A DNA stretch of 64,000 bases from an uncultured Methanoregulaceae archaeon (GTDB lineage Archaea > Halobacteriota > Methanomicrobia > Methanomicrobiales > Methanospirillaceae). A model generated the notes under the pieces. The model was not told the DNA's origin and did not search any database. It saw only the letters and a list, made by a program, of their open reading frames with translations. Every line of letters starts with the position of its first letter. Position 1 is the first letter of the stretch. Below, piece after piece: positions 1 to 10,523 of the stretch. The position numbers and the translations under genes were made by a program. Location of the stretch: positions 188,016 through 252,015 of the forward strand of contig CAWFSA010000004.1 of NCBI GenBank assembly GCA_963818425.1, in the 5' to 3' direction.

Positions 1-95
1 TTAGAAATCAAAAAAAAGTTTTCCCGGTGTGATGCCACGCTCTTCAGATTTTCCGTGCTTTTGCAACTTCCCTGACGGCAAATGCCGGCAGGGCA

Positions 96-977
96 TCAGC
101 GGCCGGTCCGAGTTCCCGGGTCAGGTCCGTCCCGGCAAGTCTCCGTAGAAAAGAGCGGGGCACCGATACCGGCAACAATGACCTCCTTTGCATTGGATGA
201 CTGTACGACTTTTTGAACATGGCTGCAGATCATGTCGCGCTGGACAGCCCAGAACTGTTCTGCGATCTGCTCTGCCCCTTCAGTCCCGATCTCGTCAAGG
301 TCTGCACAGACCACGCGGGAAATCCTGCGCAGCGAGGCCTCACGGGTCTTCTCTTTCCTGTCGGGAGTGTCGCAGGTGTAGAGTGCGGGATTGATGTGCC
401 CAAGGATAAGGTGGACATCAGCGCTCGTGGCAAAATACTCAGTGCTTACGGGAGTAGGTACTCCTGCAAGGTCAACGGTGCGGAGGAGCGTCGGAACGCT
501 GGTGCGGAGCATGCCGGTATAGAGGAGGTATCCTGCCTGCAGCCGTTTCGTATCGGTCAGCCCCTTCAGGCTGTCGAAGCGGTTGAGCGGGATGATATCT
601 GCAGTCGTGCTGCCGATATCGAGGAGGACGGCATCCGGGTGCCGGGTGCGGAGATAATCAGCGGATGCAAGCCAGTTGGCTGCGGCAAGCTGGGGTACCG
701 CATGATCATGGAACCGGGCATCCGTACCGTAAAACCGGGCGCCGGGAAATACCTTCCGGACCGCATCGACAATAAATGAGATTCCCTGGAGCTTGTTCTC
801 GAAACAATCGGCAAGTTCCCCGCTCATCACAACTGCCGCAGGCTCGCTGGCGCTTTGTACATACTGCCGGAGCAGTCCGGTGATCGGGGACTGCTCCCAG
901 AGCGGGCAGTAGTGGATATGGACGCCGGCATTATCGACAACCTTGAGGTTTGCCCCCCCGACATCGATCCCAATCAT
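96..977 (-). CDS. Hydantoinase/oxoprolinase-fold protein of the H4MPT-linked C1-transfer pathway family (MfnF-like candidate)
   Basis: 293-aa ORF with an N-terminal MIGIDVGGANLK motif, the ASKHA/hydantoinase-A type. Its start shares ATGA at 974-977 with the stop of the upstream ATP-grasp gene, which is an operon-like arrangement. Confidence 0.5.
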   Translation of the reverse strand: MIGIDVGGANLKVVDNAGVHIHYCPLWEQSPITGLLRQYVQSASEPAAVVMSGELADCFENKLQGISFIVDAVRKVFPGARFYGTDARFHDHAVPQLAAANWLASADYLRTRHPDAVLLDIGSTTADIIPLNRFDSLKGLTDTKRLQAGYLLYTGMLRTSVPTLLRTVDLAGVPTPVSTEYFATSADVHLILGHINPALYTCDTPDRKEKTREASLRRISRVVCADLDEIGTEGAEQIAEQFWAVQRDMICSHVQKVVQSSNAKEVIVAGIGAPLFSTETCRDGPDPGTRTGR

Positions 978-1883
978 AGTTTTGTGACCGTCCCGTTCGT
1001 GTCAAACCGGACCCTGCCCTGAAGATGGACCGCGGCCGGGCCGTCACCTTTCGAAGCTTCGATAAGGAGGTCGGCAATCTCCTCCTCCATGCAGGCAGCA
1101 ATGCCGACAAGGCTGGTCGTTATCCGCGGGTTGACATCGACAACATACACCTTGTCCGCCACAACAACATCTACGCCACAGTACCCCTGGCAGCCGAGTA
1201 CTTCAGTCACCTTTACCGCGGTCCTGATGATCTCTTCCTCGCGATCCGGATGCACCGGGGTCTCACCGCCAAGGTAATGGAACGCCCCGTCATTGTCTGT
1301 CTCAATCTGTTGCCGGTTCACGGCAAGAACGAGCGGGGGATTCCCCTTGAAGTAAAGGCACGCATCCCCGATGATCCGGTTGGGGATGATACTGACGGAA
1401 AAGTTTTCGCCCTCGATAAACCGCTCGGCAAACTCATCCTTCCCCGGTCCGCTTTCCGAGAGCCGGACACCCTGCGCACCGCACCCCTTGACCGGCTTGA
1501 TCACCCGTTTTCCGGGCCCGGATTCCCCCGGCACGGGAATACCGTGCTGCCCGAGGATCTTCTGGGTCTGGACCTTGTTTGCGCAGAGCGCCACGCTCAT
1601 GAAGCCGCAGCCAAGGTTGTGCGTGTGCTGCTCAAGGATCATGGTGAATTTCGAGAGCAGGTGGTCGGGGGCGATCACGAGGCCCATGTCGCACTGCGGG
1701 AGCGAGCCGTTCGATCTCGGCAGCAAAATCGCCTTCATCGGGAAGAACAACATCATAGCCGCATCGCTGGAAACTTGCCTTGAGCACATCGAGCATCGCC
1801 CTGCCCTCGCGGGCAAGCGCCGGGTCGTGCGCGGTCGTATATTCTGCGAGCAGGACTTTCATCTGGTACCCGTATGCTGCCAT
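974..1883 (-). CDS. ATP-grasp ligase (MfnD-like tyramine-glutamate ligase candidate), with an apparent frameshift
   Basis: The pre-ATP-grasp N-terminus (MKVLLAEYTTAHDPAL...DFAAEIERL) lies in the 1632..1883 frame. The ATP-grasp body (CDMGLVIAPDH...HGIPVP...) lies in the 974..1816 frame. The frame change falls at about 1693-1708. Confidence 0.45.
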
Positions 1884-1937
1884 GGAAAATTACCCTATCC
1901 GATCGGTGATTTATTGGGGGAACGGGTGTAATAGCAT

Positions 1938-2723
1938 GTGAATATGCGACCTTCGATCCTGCTGACTAATGATGACGGCGTGAGCTCCATAGGGCTCTGG
2001 GCCGCCTATGAAGCGCTGAAACCTATTGCGGACGTAACGGTTGTTGCTCCCGCCACCCAGCAGAGCGCGGTCGGGAGGTCCATCTCCATCTTCGAGCCCC
2101 TCCGGGCCACTCAGGTCGTGATGAACGGCGAGAATGCCTGGGCTGTTGCAGGAAAACCCACGGATGCTGTGATCATCGGGCTGTATGCCCTGAAGCTCGC
2201 ACCCACGATGGTCGTGAGCGGGATCAATATCGGGGAGAACCTCTCGACTGAGTCCATCATGACCTCCGGCACGGTCGGGGCAGCGCTCGAAGCCTCTAAC
2301 CAGGGGACAAAGGGGATCGCCTTCTCCCTGCAGGTCGAGGACCAGGGAGACAAGTTCGATGACCCCCGGTATCATGCCCAGAATTTCGATGCGGCAAAGA
2401 AGGTTGTGCGGGATGTGGTGGAGCGCGTCCTTCTTCACGGGTTCTGCCCGGATACCGATGTCATCAACGTCAATATCCCTTCACAGATAACAGGAGGGTA
2501 CGAAGTAACCCGCCTCGCCCACAAACTCTTCCATACCGGCGTTGAGAAACGTCTTGACCCCCGGGGACGTCCCTATTTCTGGATTAACGGGCCGCTCGTC
2601 GAGGATGCAGAGGAAGGCACTGATGTCCATGCTATCCGGAAAGGCAACGTTTCTATCACACCGATCACGCTGGACTGCACATCGTACAAAGCCTGCCAGG
2701 CCACAAGGAAGATCTTTTCATAA
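1938..2723 (+). CDS. surE: 5'/3'-nucleotidase SurE
   Basis: 261 aa with the SurE N-terminal signature ILLTNDDGVSS.G and GINIGENL. Confidence 0.85.
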   Translation: MNMRPSILLTNDDGVSSIGLWAAYEALKPIADVTVVAPATQQSAVGRSISIFEPLRATQVVMNGENAWAVAGKPTDAVIIGLYALKLAPTMVVSGINIGENLSTESIMTSGTVGAALEASNQGTKGIAFSLQVEDQGDKFDDPRYHAQNFDAAKKVVRDVVERVLLHGFCPDTDVINVNIPSQITGGYEVTRLAHKLFHTGVEKRLDPRGRPYFWINGPLVEDAEEGTDVHAIRKGNVSITPITLDCTSYKACQATRKIFS

Positions 2724-2794
2724 CTGCAGGATACGGTTTTTCCAAAGAAGGATCACCAGTTTTAATTAACCGCGGGCGGTAAAATATCCCGGTA

Positions 2795-3511
2795 ATGGAC
2801 ACGAAGGCAGAGGCACTTGGAGAGGCAAAGCGTGCGGCCGGTTACCGGGCGGCTGATATGATAGAGGACGGGATGGTAGTCGGGCTCGGCACCGGCTCCA
2901 CGGTGTATTTTGCGATTGAGCGCCTCTCAGAGCGGGTAAAGGGCGGCCTTCGAATCACCGGCATCCCGACATCCTTCCAGACCGCACTCCGGGCACGGGA
3001 AGCAGCGATCCCGCTCACCACGCTCGATGACAACCCGGCAATCGATATCGCAATTGACGGAGCGGATGAAGTCGACCCGAAACTCCGGCTCATCAAGGGA
3101 AGGGGGGCTGCGCACCTGCGGGAAAAATGCGTGGCTGCTGCCGCAAAGCACTTTGTCGTGGTCGTGGACGAACAGAAAGTGGTGAAAATACTGGGGGCAG
3201 CCCCGGTGCCGGTCGAGGTCCTCCCGTTTGCAATCATGCCGGTGTTAAACGAACTCCGCAGGCTCGGGTGCGTCCCGGTCATCCGCGAGGCTGTCAGGAA
3301 AGATGGCCCGGTCATCACAGACAATGGGAATTTTGTGGTTGACTGTACATTTGCTGCTATCGGCAATCCTGAAAAACTGGAAACAGATCTGGCCGCAATC
3401 CCCGGCATTGTCGAAAGCGGGCTCTTCTGCAGGTTTGTGAAGAAGACCACCGTGATTATCGGTGGCCAGAAAAAAGTGAAGATAATCTCTTCAGCGGATA
3501 TAGTCGCGTAA
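2795..3511 (+). CDS. rpiA: Ribose-5-phosphate isomerase A
   Basis: 238 aa with RpiA motifs GLGTGSTV and IDGADEVD...LIKGRGAA. Confidence 0.85.
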   Translation: MDTKAEALGEAKRAAGYRAADMIEDGMVVGLGTGSTVYFAIERLSERVKGGLRITGIPTSFQTALRAREAAIPLTTLDDNPAIDIAIDGADEVDPKLRLIKGRGAAHLREKCVAAAAKHFVVVVDEQKVVKILGAAPVPVEVLPFAIMPVLNELRRLGCVPVIREAVRKDGPVITDNGNFVVDCTFAAIGNPEKLETDLAAIPGIVESGLFCRFVKKTTVIIGGQKKVKIISSADIVA

Positions 3512-3865
3512 TTTCTGGACAAGGGCGAGCTGGTTGTTCGCCTCTTTCTTCTTCTCTTTCTCGATGCTGTCCATGATCTCATGGATCGGTCTTGCGAGTT
3601 CGTAGATCTTGACCGGGCGGCCTTTGCTCTCTGCCTTGCTCTCGCGGCTGGTGATCCAGTCCTGGTCAATCAGGTAGCGCATGGCGATACTGACTTCCGG
3701 CTGCCGGAGATCCGTGCCGCGTTCGATGGCACGGGAGGTTGCCTCGGGTGTGTTTGCAAGGAACACCAGTACCTTTGCAACATTGCGCTTCGTTCCAATC
3801 TCGATAAGAAGATTCGCGAACTCCTCTTCCTTCTCGGTGAAATACATTACATTCTCCGTTCTCAT
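3491..3865 (-). CDS. Winged-helix transcriptional regulator (ArsR/TrmB-like)
   Basis: 124-aa ORF with a central HTH-like segment (TSRAIERGTDLRQPEVSIAMRYLIDQDWI) and a basic or coiled C-terminus. The true start may be the internal Met at 3847. Confidence 0.45.
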   Translation of the reverse strand: MRTENVMYFTEKEEEFANLLIEIGTKRNVAKVLVFLANTPEATSRAIERGTDLRQPEVSIAMRYLIDQDWITSRESKAESKGRPVKIYELARPIHEIMDSIEKEKKKEANNQLALVQKLRDYIR

Positions 3866-4054
3866 ACACTCACATCCACAATATATCTATGACACTTTAC
3901 AGGATTAAATATCCAGTCAATGATATATAGGCTCTGTTATCGTTGGGCAATGCTCGATTGTTTTATATAGAGCATTTTGCGGATGGAAAAGACAAGGGGG
4001 GAACCGGTATAGAGAATAATTAATAAAAATAAAATGTTAACGATTTTAAAAAGA

Positions 4055-4615
4055 TTACATTAAACCCAGGCTGCGGAGATCGGAAAGTATTTTGACAACC
4101 GCTCTCTTGGCATCTTCCGGTTCTTTGCCTCCGGTGATGATCAGTTTGCCAGAACCAAAGAGAAGCACCACTACCTTGGGATCGTCAAGGCGGTAGACAA
4201 GACCGGGGAACTGTTCCGGTTCATACTCGATCTTGTCGAGATTGAATCCTACCGCAATCTTGTTGAGGTTTATCGGTGTTCCGAGGTCAGCGGAGGTAAC
4301 GATATTCTGGATCTTAAAATCCAGTTTTTTCGGGATATCAATTCCCTGTTTGCGCAGCAGTCCGCCAAGGATATTCAGTCCCTTGCCCACATATTCAATG
4401 CTTTTGGCACCGGTCAAAACAACTTTTCCGGACCCGAATACAAGGGCGGCGATCTTGGGATCCTGCATGCGGAGCACTACACCAGGAAACCGTTTCTTGT
4501 TATATTCAGCATCCTTGATTTTTGATGCAAGAACCGGGAGATCCAGATAATCGGTCACCTTTGCGGAGGCAACGATGTTTTCGATCTTGAGGGAGTCCTC
4601 TGGCCTGACCTTCAT
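4055..4615 (-). CDS. tbp: TATA-box binding protein
   Basis: Two TBP repeats: KIENIVASAKV...LDLP and the repeat 2 equivalent QNIVTSADLG. The start is placed at the internal Met MKVRPEDSLKIENIV; the longer ORF to 4699 is an upstream extension. Confidence 0.85.
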   Translation of the reverse strand: MKVRPEDSLKIENIVASAKVTDYLDLPVLASKIKDAEYNKKRFPGVVLRMQDPKIAALVFGSGKVVLTGAKSIEYVGKGLNILGGLLRKQGIDIPKKLDFKIQNIVTSADLGTPINLNKIAVGFNLDKIEYEPEQFPGLVYRLDDPKVVVLLFGSGKLIITGGKEPEDAKRAVVKILSDLRSLGLM

Positions 4616-4619
4616 ATTT

Positions 4620-4660
4620 ATAAATGCCACAAAACAGTATATAAAAAGTTGGTTTGGTTT
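4620..4660 (-). promoter_or_regulatory. Putative archaeal TATA box and promoter for tbp
   Basis: On the minus strand, 5'-tttttatata sits about 22-32 nt upstream of the ATG, within AT-rich flanking sequence. Confidence 0.3.
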
Positions 4661-4673
4661 TCCGGCTTTGCGA

Positions 4674-6588
4674 TTATTCATCAAGCGTCGAAATGTCACC
4701 GGGGTCCATGCCCATCTCTTTTGCTTTCAGCACCCGCCTCATGATCTTGCCGCTGCGGGTCTTTGGCAGTGTGGCTACAAACTCAATTTCTGACGGCATT
4801 GCAATAGGCCCGAGGGTGATCCGCACATGGTACAGGAGCTCGTTTTTCAGCTTATCGGTTGCCATGTGGCCGACACGGAGGATAACAAACGCCTTGATGA
4901 CGTTTCCTTTCATCGCATCCGGTTTACCGATGACCGCAGCTTCAGCAACAGCCTTGTGCGACACCAGCGCGCTTTCCACCTCAGCAGTGCCGATGTTATG
5001 GCCGGCAACAACGATGAGATCATCAGACCGTCCCAGCACCATGATGTACCCCTCCTTGTTCTTCACGGCAAGATCTCCGACAGCGTACCAGCCGGGTATC
5101 GTATTCCAGTATTTCCGGTACCGCTCGTCATCATTATAGACGGTGCGCAGCATCGATGGCCAGGGTTCACGGATTGCCAGGAAGCCCCCGGTACCGGGCG
5201 CCACGGATTTCCCATTCTTGTCTACCACATCGGCAACAACGCCGGGAATACCCTTGCCCGGCAAAACCCGGGTACATCCGCTCCCCGATCATGGTCGTAA
5301 CCATATGCATACCGGTCTCGGTCTGCCACCAGGTATCAACGATCGGGCACCGGTTCTTTCCTATCACGCGGTAATACCACTCAAACGCTTCCGGGTTCAG
5401 TGGCTCGCCGACCGATCCGAGGATGCGCAGGGTACTGAGGTTATATTTATCCGGCCATTGTTCGCCGACTTTCATGAACATGCGGATCGCGGTCGGGGCG
5501 GTGTAAAGGATCGTGACCCCGAACTCTTCAACCATCTTCCAGTACACACCCGGGTCCGGGTAGTCCGGCGGACTTTCCGTGATGATGATCGTTGCACCCA
5601 GTGCAAGCGGACCATAAACAACGTACGAATGCCCGGTAATCCAGCCGGGGTCTGCAGTGCACCAATAGACGTCGTTGTCCTTGATATCAAACACCATTTT
5701 AGTGGTATAATACGTACCGACCATGTACCCGCCACAGGTGTGGACAATCCCCTTGGGGGCACCGGTGGAACCGCTCGTGTACAGGATAAAAAGCGGGTCT
5801 TCGGCATCCATGATCTCGGGTTCGCAATCCGGTTCTGCGTCCTTAATCATGTCATGGAAATCTACCTCCATTTCCTTATGGATCTCGACCGGCTGGTCGC
5901 GTTCCCTTCGTAAGACAACGATATGTTCCACGCTCGGGGCATTGATGATCGCTTCCTCAATGATATGCTTGAGCGGGATGGACTTGCCGCGCCGGTACGT
6001 GACGTCTGCCGTGATCACAACCTTTGCCCCGGCACCCGTGATGCGGCTGTTAAGTGCTGATGCACCGAAACCGCCGAACACGACACTATGGACTGCTCCA
6101 ATCCGGGCGCACGCGAGCATCGAGATGATCTGCTCCGGGACCATCGGCATATAGATACAGACCCGGTCTCCCTTCTCAACACCCAGTTTTTTCAGGCCGT
6201 TGGCTACCCGCATGACTTCACGCAGGAGCTGACGATAGGTATAGATCCGCTCGTTGTCATCCTCGCCTTTCCCGCTGTGTTCTTCGCCTTTCCAGATCAG
6301 AGCCACTTTATTCCGGCGGGAATTCTGCACATGGCGATCAAGGCAGTTGCAGGTAATGTTCATCTTACCATCAACAAACCAGCGTGCGTACGGGTAATTC
6401 CATTCCCTCACTTTCGCGTATGGCGAGAACCAGTGCAGTTCCTTGGCAATCCGGTCCCAGAACGCATCAGGATTATTCAGGAATTCCTCATACGCCTTCT
6501 GGTAGTTGCCTATCCAGCTGTTCTGCTGGTAGGTGGGATCGGGCGTGTAATACTTTTCGGTAAGTCTGACGTTAAAATTTTCAGCCAT
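4674..6588 (-). CDS. acs: Acetyl-CoA synthetase (AMP-forming), interrupted by one frameshift near 5262-5275
   Basis: The N-terminal 473-aa ORF carries Acs hallmarks (YTSGSTG.PKG, WWQTETG). The C-terminal 196-aa ORF has the Acs C-terminus (…[16 protein letters not shown]…[10 protein letters not shown]). The two frames join at tttgccgggcaaggg. Confidence 0.8.
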
Positions 6589-6734
6589 GCAAAACCCCGA
6601 TTTAACACTATTAATAATGTGTAATGGAAATTAAGGATTATCATTTCCCCTTCGCTCACGATTTATAGAAGAACACAACACCGGAAAAGGGGACGAAAAC
6701 ACAAGAGAAAATTGAAGGTTATAAAAAAGCCGTA

Positions 6735-7046
6735 TCAGTCATACTGGCGCCAGGTATGCCCGCACTCTGTGCACCGGAAGAACCGCACCTCGCTCTCATC
6801 TGCTGCCCGGAGCTGGCGGAGCCACCAGATTGCAAGATTATTCTCACATTTTGGGCACTTGATCTGGATGGTGGGCATGGTCCTTTCCTGGCCCTCCTCC
6901 TCAACGATCACAATCTCATTCTCGGTGCGCATCTTCTGGGTTTTCATCTGGTCACTTGCTTCAATCTTCCGGATATACCCGCATTTCCTGCACTTGAGCT
7001 GACCCCCCGATGAGATCATCATCGTCTTACATTCAGGACAAAACAT
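6735..7046 (-). CDS. tfs: Transcription factor S / RNA polymerase subunit M-like zinc ribbon
   Basis: 103 aa with an N-terminal Zn ribbon (CPECK...CRKCG) and a C-terminal TFIIS-type Zn ribbon (CPKCEN...RCTECGHTW). Confidence 0.85.
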   Translation of the reverse strand: MFCPECKTMMISSGGQLKCRKCGYIRKIEASDQMKTQKMRTENEIVIVEEEGQERTMPTIQIKCPKCENNLAIWWLRQLRAADESEVRFFRCTECGHTWRQYD

Positions 7047-7256
7047 CGGTATAGTATGCGTGATTATACAAGATTAACTCTCTTATCCGGGAGATATATT
7101 GTCTTTTTACATCTGCTCCTGGATTTTTCCCGCGTATACTTCCCGTGGGATTTTTTTAAACGATCACTGCTCCCATTCCAGGAGCGGACCGATCAGAAAA
7201 TGCATGACATGTTCATGAGAGAATCCTTTTTTTGGTAACAGGCGAATAAGTCTGTA

Positions 7257-8066
7257 ATGATCGAGTACCTGGTCCTGCTGTCCTGTCTCGGATTTCTTGC
7301 ATTCCTCGTGCCCGGTCGCCACAGGAAATATGCAGCCATTATCGGCTGGATATTTATTGTCCTCTCCCTCTTTGCCAACCTTGACTATTATTTCGAGGAA
7401 AACAATTTCCTGTACCCGTTCATGGCGGCGCTTTCGGTGCCGTTCCTTTTTATCACGGCAAAATACCTCCTGAAAGAAGACGAGCGTGCCCTGAACCTGT
7501 CACGGGCTGCTGCCGTCGCCTTTATCATCTACGCCCCGTTCGAGTATATCCCGGCTGCTGGCGACTGGCTCATCGGCATCGTGGTCGGGCAGATCGTCTG
7601 GGTACTTGACGTTCTCCATTTCAGCGTGAGCCTCGCCGACTGGAATATCATTACACGGAACGATTTCCGGGTTGAGATCATTCTCGGGTGCACCGGCATT
7701 CAGAGTATCGCGATCATGCTTGGTGTCGCAGCTTCGGTTCCGACAACAACAAAACAGAAAATTTTCGCTTTCCTGATCATTACACCTACCATCTATTTCC
7801 TCAACCTGCTCCGGAACGCGTTTGTTATCATGGCTTATACGGAACAGTGGTTCCCGTACTGGCCGGAGATTGCAGGTAACGGCGAGAACGGGTACGAGAG
7901 TTTTTTCTGGGCGCACAATGTCATTGCAGAACTCACTGCCCTTATCCTTCTTGTCATAATCGCATACGGGCTCTTTACGATTATCCCGAAACTGGGGGAC
8001 TTTGCCGATGACCTCTACCAGATGTATGCCGGTGAGGTCAGGAAAGCGTTCGGTAAAGATAAATAA
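7257..8066 (+). CDS. Archaeosortase/exosortase-family integral membrane protein
   Basis: 269 aa and multi-TM. The conserved active-site region ILGCTGIQSIAIMLG (Cys) and LLRNAFVI (Arg) is typical of the exosortase/archaeosortase family. Confidence 0.6.
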   Translation: MIEYLVLLSCLGFLAFLVPGRHRKYAAIIGWIFIVLSLFANLDYYFEENNFLYPFMAALSVPFLFITAKYLLKEDERALNLSRAAAVAFIIYAPFEYIPAAGDWLIGIVVGQIVWVLDVLHFSVSLADWNIITRNDFRVEIILGCTGIQSIAIMLGVAASVPTTTKQKIFAFLIITPTIYFLNLLRNAFVIMAYTEQWFPYWPEIAGNGENGYESFFWAHNVIAELTALILLVIIAYGLFTIIPKLGDFADDLYQMYAGEVRKAFGKDK

Positions 8067-8670
8067 TTCTCTGTATCGCGGACAGGTTCGTGCAGACCGC
8101 AATGATGATGACCGAAGCCCAGATATAACCGGAGATCCCGCCGAGGATAAGAATAAGGAATGTTTCCGGCCGCCCGAAAAAACCCACCCCTTCCAGCGGG
8201 TCATCGATCTTACCTTCAACTTTTTTAAGGTACCCGATCTCGGCATAGACGACCGGCTTGATGAACGTGTTCATGAGCGACCCGGTGATTGCGACAGTGA
8301 CAACGGCGAAATCCGCAATTGGAGGCACGGGCAGGAGCTGGCTGATGATCGGGATACCGGAAAGGCCGATCCCCAGTAAAGCGATCGCATCCACGTATTT
8401 GTCCACGATCCAGTCGAAGACCGCACCAAAATTCGTATGAGCATTCGTTTTGCGGGCAACGCTCCCGTCGATCAGATCGAAAACTGCCGAGACCAGCAGT
8501 GCAAGGCTTCCCAGTAAAAACTCACGTTTGAAAAACAGGAAGGCACAGATACCGCCGGCGATGAGGGCCAGGAGCGAGATCTGGTTGGGGGTGATCCTGA
8601 AACGGACAAAGACCTCTGCGACCGGCTCGAGGTATTTGACGAACCTTGGCCGGAGTGCAGTAATATTCAT
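8038..8670 (-). CDS. CDP-alcohol phosphatidyltransferase family protein (archaetidyl-inositol/serine synthase-like)
   Basis: 210-aa membrane protein with the D..DG..AR....G..FD...D motif (DLIDGSVARKTN...GAVFDWIVDKYVD). Confidence 0.65.
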   Translation of the reverse strand: MNITALRPRFVKYLEPVAEVFVRFRITPNQISLLALIAGGICAFLFFKREFLLGSLALLVSAVFDLIDGSVARKTNAHTNFGAVFDWIVDKYVDAIALLGIGLSGIPIISQLLPVPPIADFAVVTVAITGSLMNTFIKPVVYAEIGYLKKVEGKIDDPLEGVGFFGRPETFLILILGGISGYIWASVIIIAVCTNLSAIQRIIYLYRTLS

Positions 8671-8807
8671 AACTCATTTCATGGGTATACGATCCATTAA
8701 TAGTTGCCTTTCCGGAGTGATTATTCCTGCATCAGCCACGATAATGACCGCCGCTGTCATCACTTTATTTATATCCCCCATCCAATGATACCGGAGAGAA
8801 GAGGACA

Positions 8808-9494
8808 ATGACACAGAAAACCGACCGGCCGCATGTCCTGATGATGTCAGAGATAACGGCAGACGGAAAACTCACCCTGAAAAAGGGTGCTTCCTCAAAG
8901 ATTCTGATGAAATATATGGCACATGAGACCGAGCTCCTGCTCCATGAAACCCGGGCTGCATATGACGCCATCATGGTAGGCGCCAATACTATCCGGATCG
9001 ATAATTCATACCTCACGGTCAGGTATGTCCCGGGAAAAAGCCCGCTGCGGGTCATCCCGTGCAGTATGGCAGACCTCCCGCTCGATGCAAATGTGCTGAA
9101 AAATGATGCACCGACCGCGATTGCTGTCTGCGAGGCTGCACCACCAGACCGTGTTAACGCGATAAAAAAGAAAGGGGCGCAGGTCATTGTTGCCGGTCAA
9201 AAGCATGTCGAACTGCCGCTGCTTATGAAGATCCTCAAAGAAAAATTCGGCGTAAAGAAACTGATGATCGAAGGCGGTCCGACGCTGAACTGGCACATGC
9301 TGCACGACCAGCTCGTGGACGAGATCCGCCTGATTCACCTGCCCTTTATCGTCGGGGGTTCCGATACACCGTCCCTTGTCGGAGGTATGCACATCGATAC
9401 GGAAGACCAGATGATCCGCCTCAACCTGAAAAAATATTACCTGTGCGGCAACAACCTCGTTTCCGAGTTCGATGTCCTGTACCATGAGGCCTGA
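8808..9494 (+). CDS. 2,5-diamino-6-ribosylamino-4(3H)-pyrimidinone 5'-phosphate reductase (archaeal RibD-C/ArfC-like)
   Basis: 228 aa with the RibD C-terminal/DHFR-like reductase fold (VLMMSEITADGKL...MIEGGPTLN...FIVGG). Confidence 0.6.
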   Translation: MTQKTDRPHVLMMSEITADGKLTLKKGASSKILMKYMAHETELLLHETRAAYDAIMVGANTIRIDNSYLTVRYVPGKSPLRVIPCSMADLPLDANVLKNDAPTAIAVCEAAPPDRVNAIKKKGAQVIVAGQKHVELPLLMKILKEKFGVKKLMIEGGPTLNWHMLHDQLVDEIRLIHLPFIVGGSDTPSLVGGMHIDTEDQMIRLNLKKYYLCGNNLVSEFDVLYHEA

Positions 9495-9497
9495 TAT

Positions 9498-10430
9498 ATG
9501 AACGGAAATGACAACCTGTTGCCTCCGGTACCTGAACCTGCCATAAATACAGAACCTCATTTACCTGCAGAAACCGGAGCACCTGCTGAACCTGCAGCTG
9601 CCCGGTCACCTGCAATTCCCACAACCCCTGCTATGCCGGCGCAGAGCCGGTCCAGCGCAGGGTTCAAGTGGTTTCTGATCTTTGTCGTGGGACTTCTCCT
9701 TGTCCTGGGGATATCGGTTGCGTATTATCTCCTCTTTCACCCGGATACCCAGGGGGTCTCTGTTATCCGCATGGAGGGTACGATGGTCACCGGGGAGGCC
9801 TACGACAGCGAGATCATCGGCAGCGAGGTGGTGGGCAGGGAGCTGCGCGAGGCCGCTGACGACCCGATGGTGGAGGCGATTGTCCTGCGGGTGAACAGCC
9901 CTGGCGGTACACCTGCCGCAGCACAGGAAATCATCGGCGACCTTGAATATGCAAAGACCAGGAAGCCGGTTGTCGTGTCCATGGGTGACATGGGGACATC
10001 GGCCGCGTACTACGTGAGCGCCCATGCAGACAGGATCTATGCAAACCCGGATACGTTCACCGCCGGTGTCGGGGTTATCTGGAAATTCTCGGATATCAGC
10101 CACTGGATGGAAAAAGAAGGCTATAATCTCACGGTCATCAAGTCCGGCAGTAAAAAGGATATGGGCTCTACCGCCCGCCCGATAAGTGACGACGAACAGA
10201 TGTATGCCCAGAAGATTGTGACGGACAGTTTTGAGAATTTCATTGCCGATGTGACGGCACAAAGGGTGATCACCCGTTCCGATATCGAGGACGGAAGAGT
10301 GATCCGTGGCGCTGATGCGGTGAAGATCAATGTCGTGGATGAACTCGGCAACCTGAACGATGCAATCGACGGGGCAAAGAAACTGGCACAGTCCCGGTCT
10401 AAATCATCCTTACCGGGTCTGCTTTCATAA
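9498..10430 (+). CDS. sppA: Signal peptide peptidase SppA (36K type)
   Basis: 310 aa. The N-terminal TM is followed by a ClpP/crotonase-fold S49 domain (VLRVNSPGG...MGDMGTSAAYYV...IKSG.KKD). Confidence 0.75.
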   Translation: MNGNDNLLPPVPEPAINTEPHLPAETGAPAEPAAARSPAIPTTPAMPAQSRSSAGFKWFLIFVVGLLLVLGISVAYYLLFHPDTQGVSVIRMEGTMVTGEAYDSEIIGSEVVGRELREAADDPMVEAIVLRVNSPGGTPAAAQEIIGDLEYAKTRKPVVVSMGDMGTSAAYYVSAHADRIYANPDTFTAGVGVIWKFSDISHWMEKEGYNLTVIKSGSKKDMGSTARPISDDEQMYAQKIVTDSFENFIADVTAQRVITRSDIEDGRVIRGADAVKINVVDELGNLNDAIDGAKKLAQSRSKSSLPGLLS

Positions 10431-10523
10431 ATTCCCGGCAGACCGTTGTGGCATAATGGCCAGGGGGGAGGGTGAACCTGAGACGCAGGTTTCCCTCCTC
10501 GACCGCTGACTGGATCTCGGTCC

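Noticed and set aside
2842-3669. Long antisense ORFs opposite real genes. Examples are 2842-3669, 7500-8246, 9606-10262, 12997-13758, 19889-21166, 23174-24280, 28696-29286, 29548-30345, 31100-31894, 37073-37627, 46279-47187, 51215-52438 and 6088-6624.
   Set aside because: They are Arg, Pro and Ser-rich with no motifs and sit exactly opposite well-supported genes. These are typical shadow ORFs in high-GC DNA.
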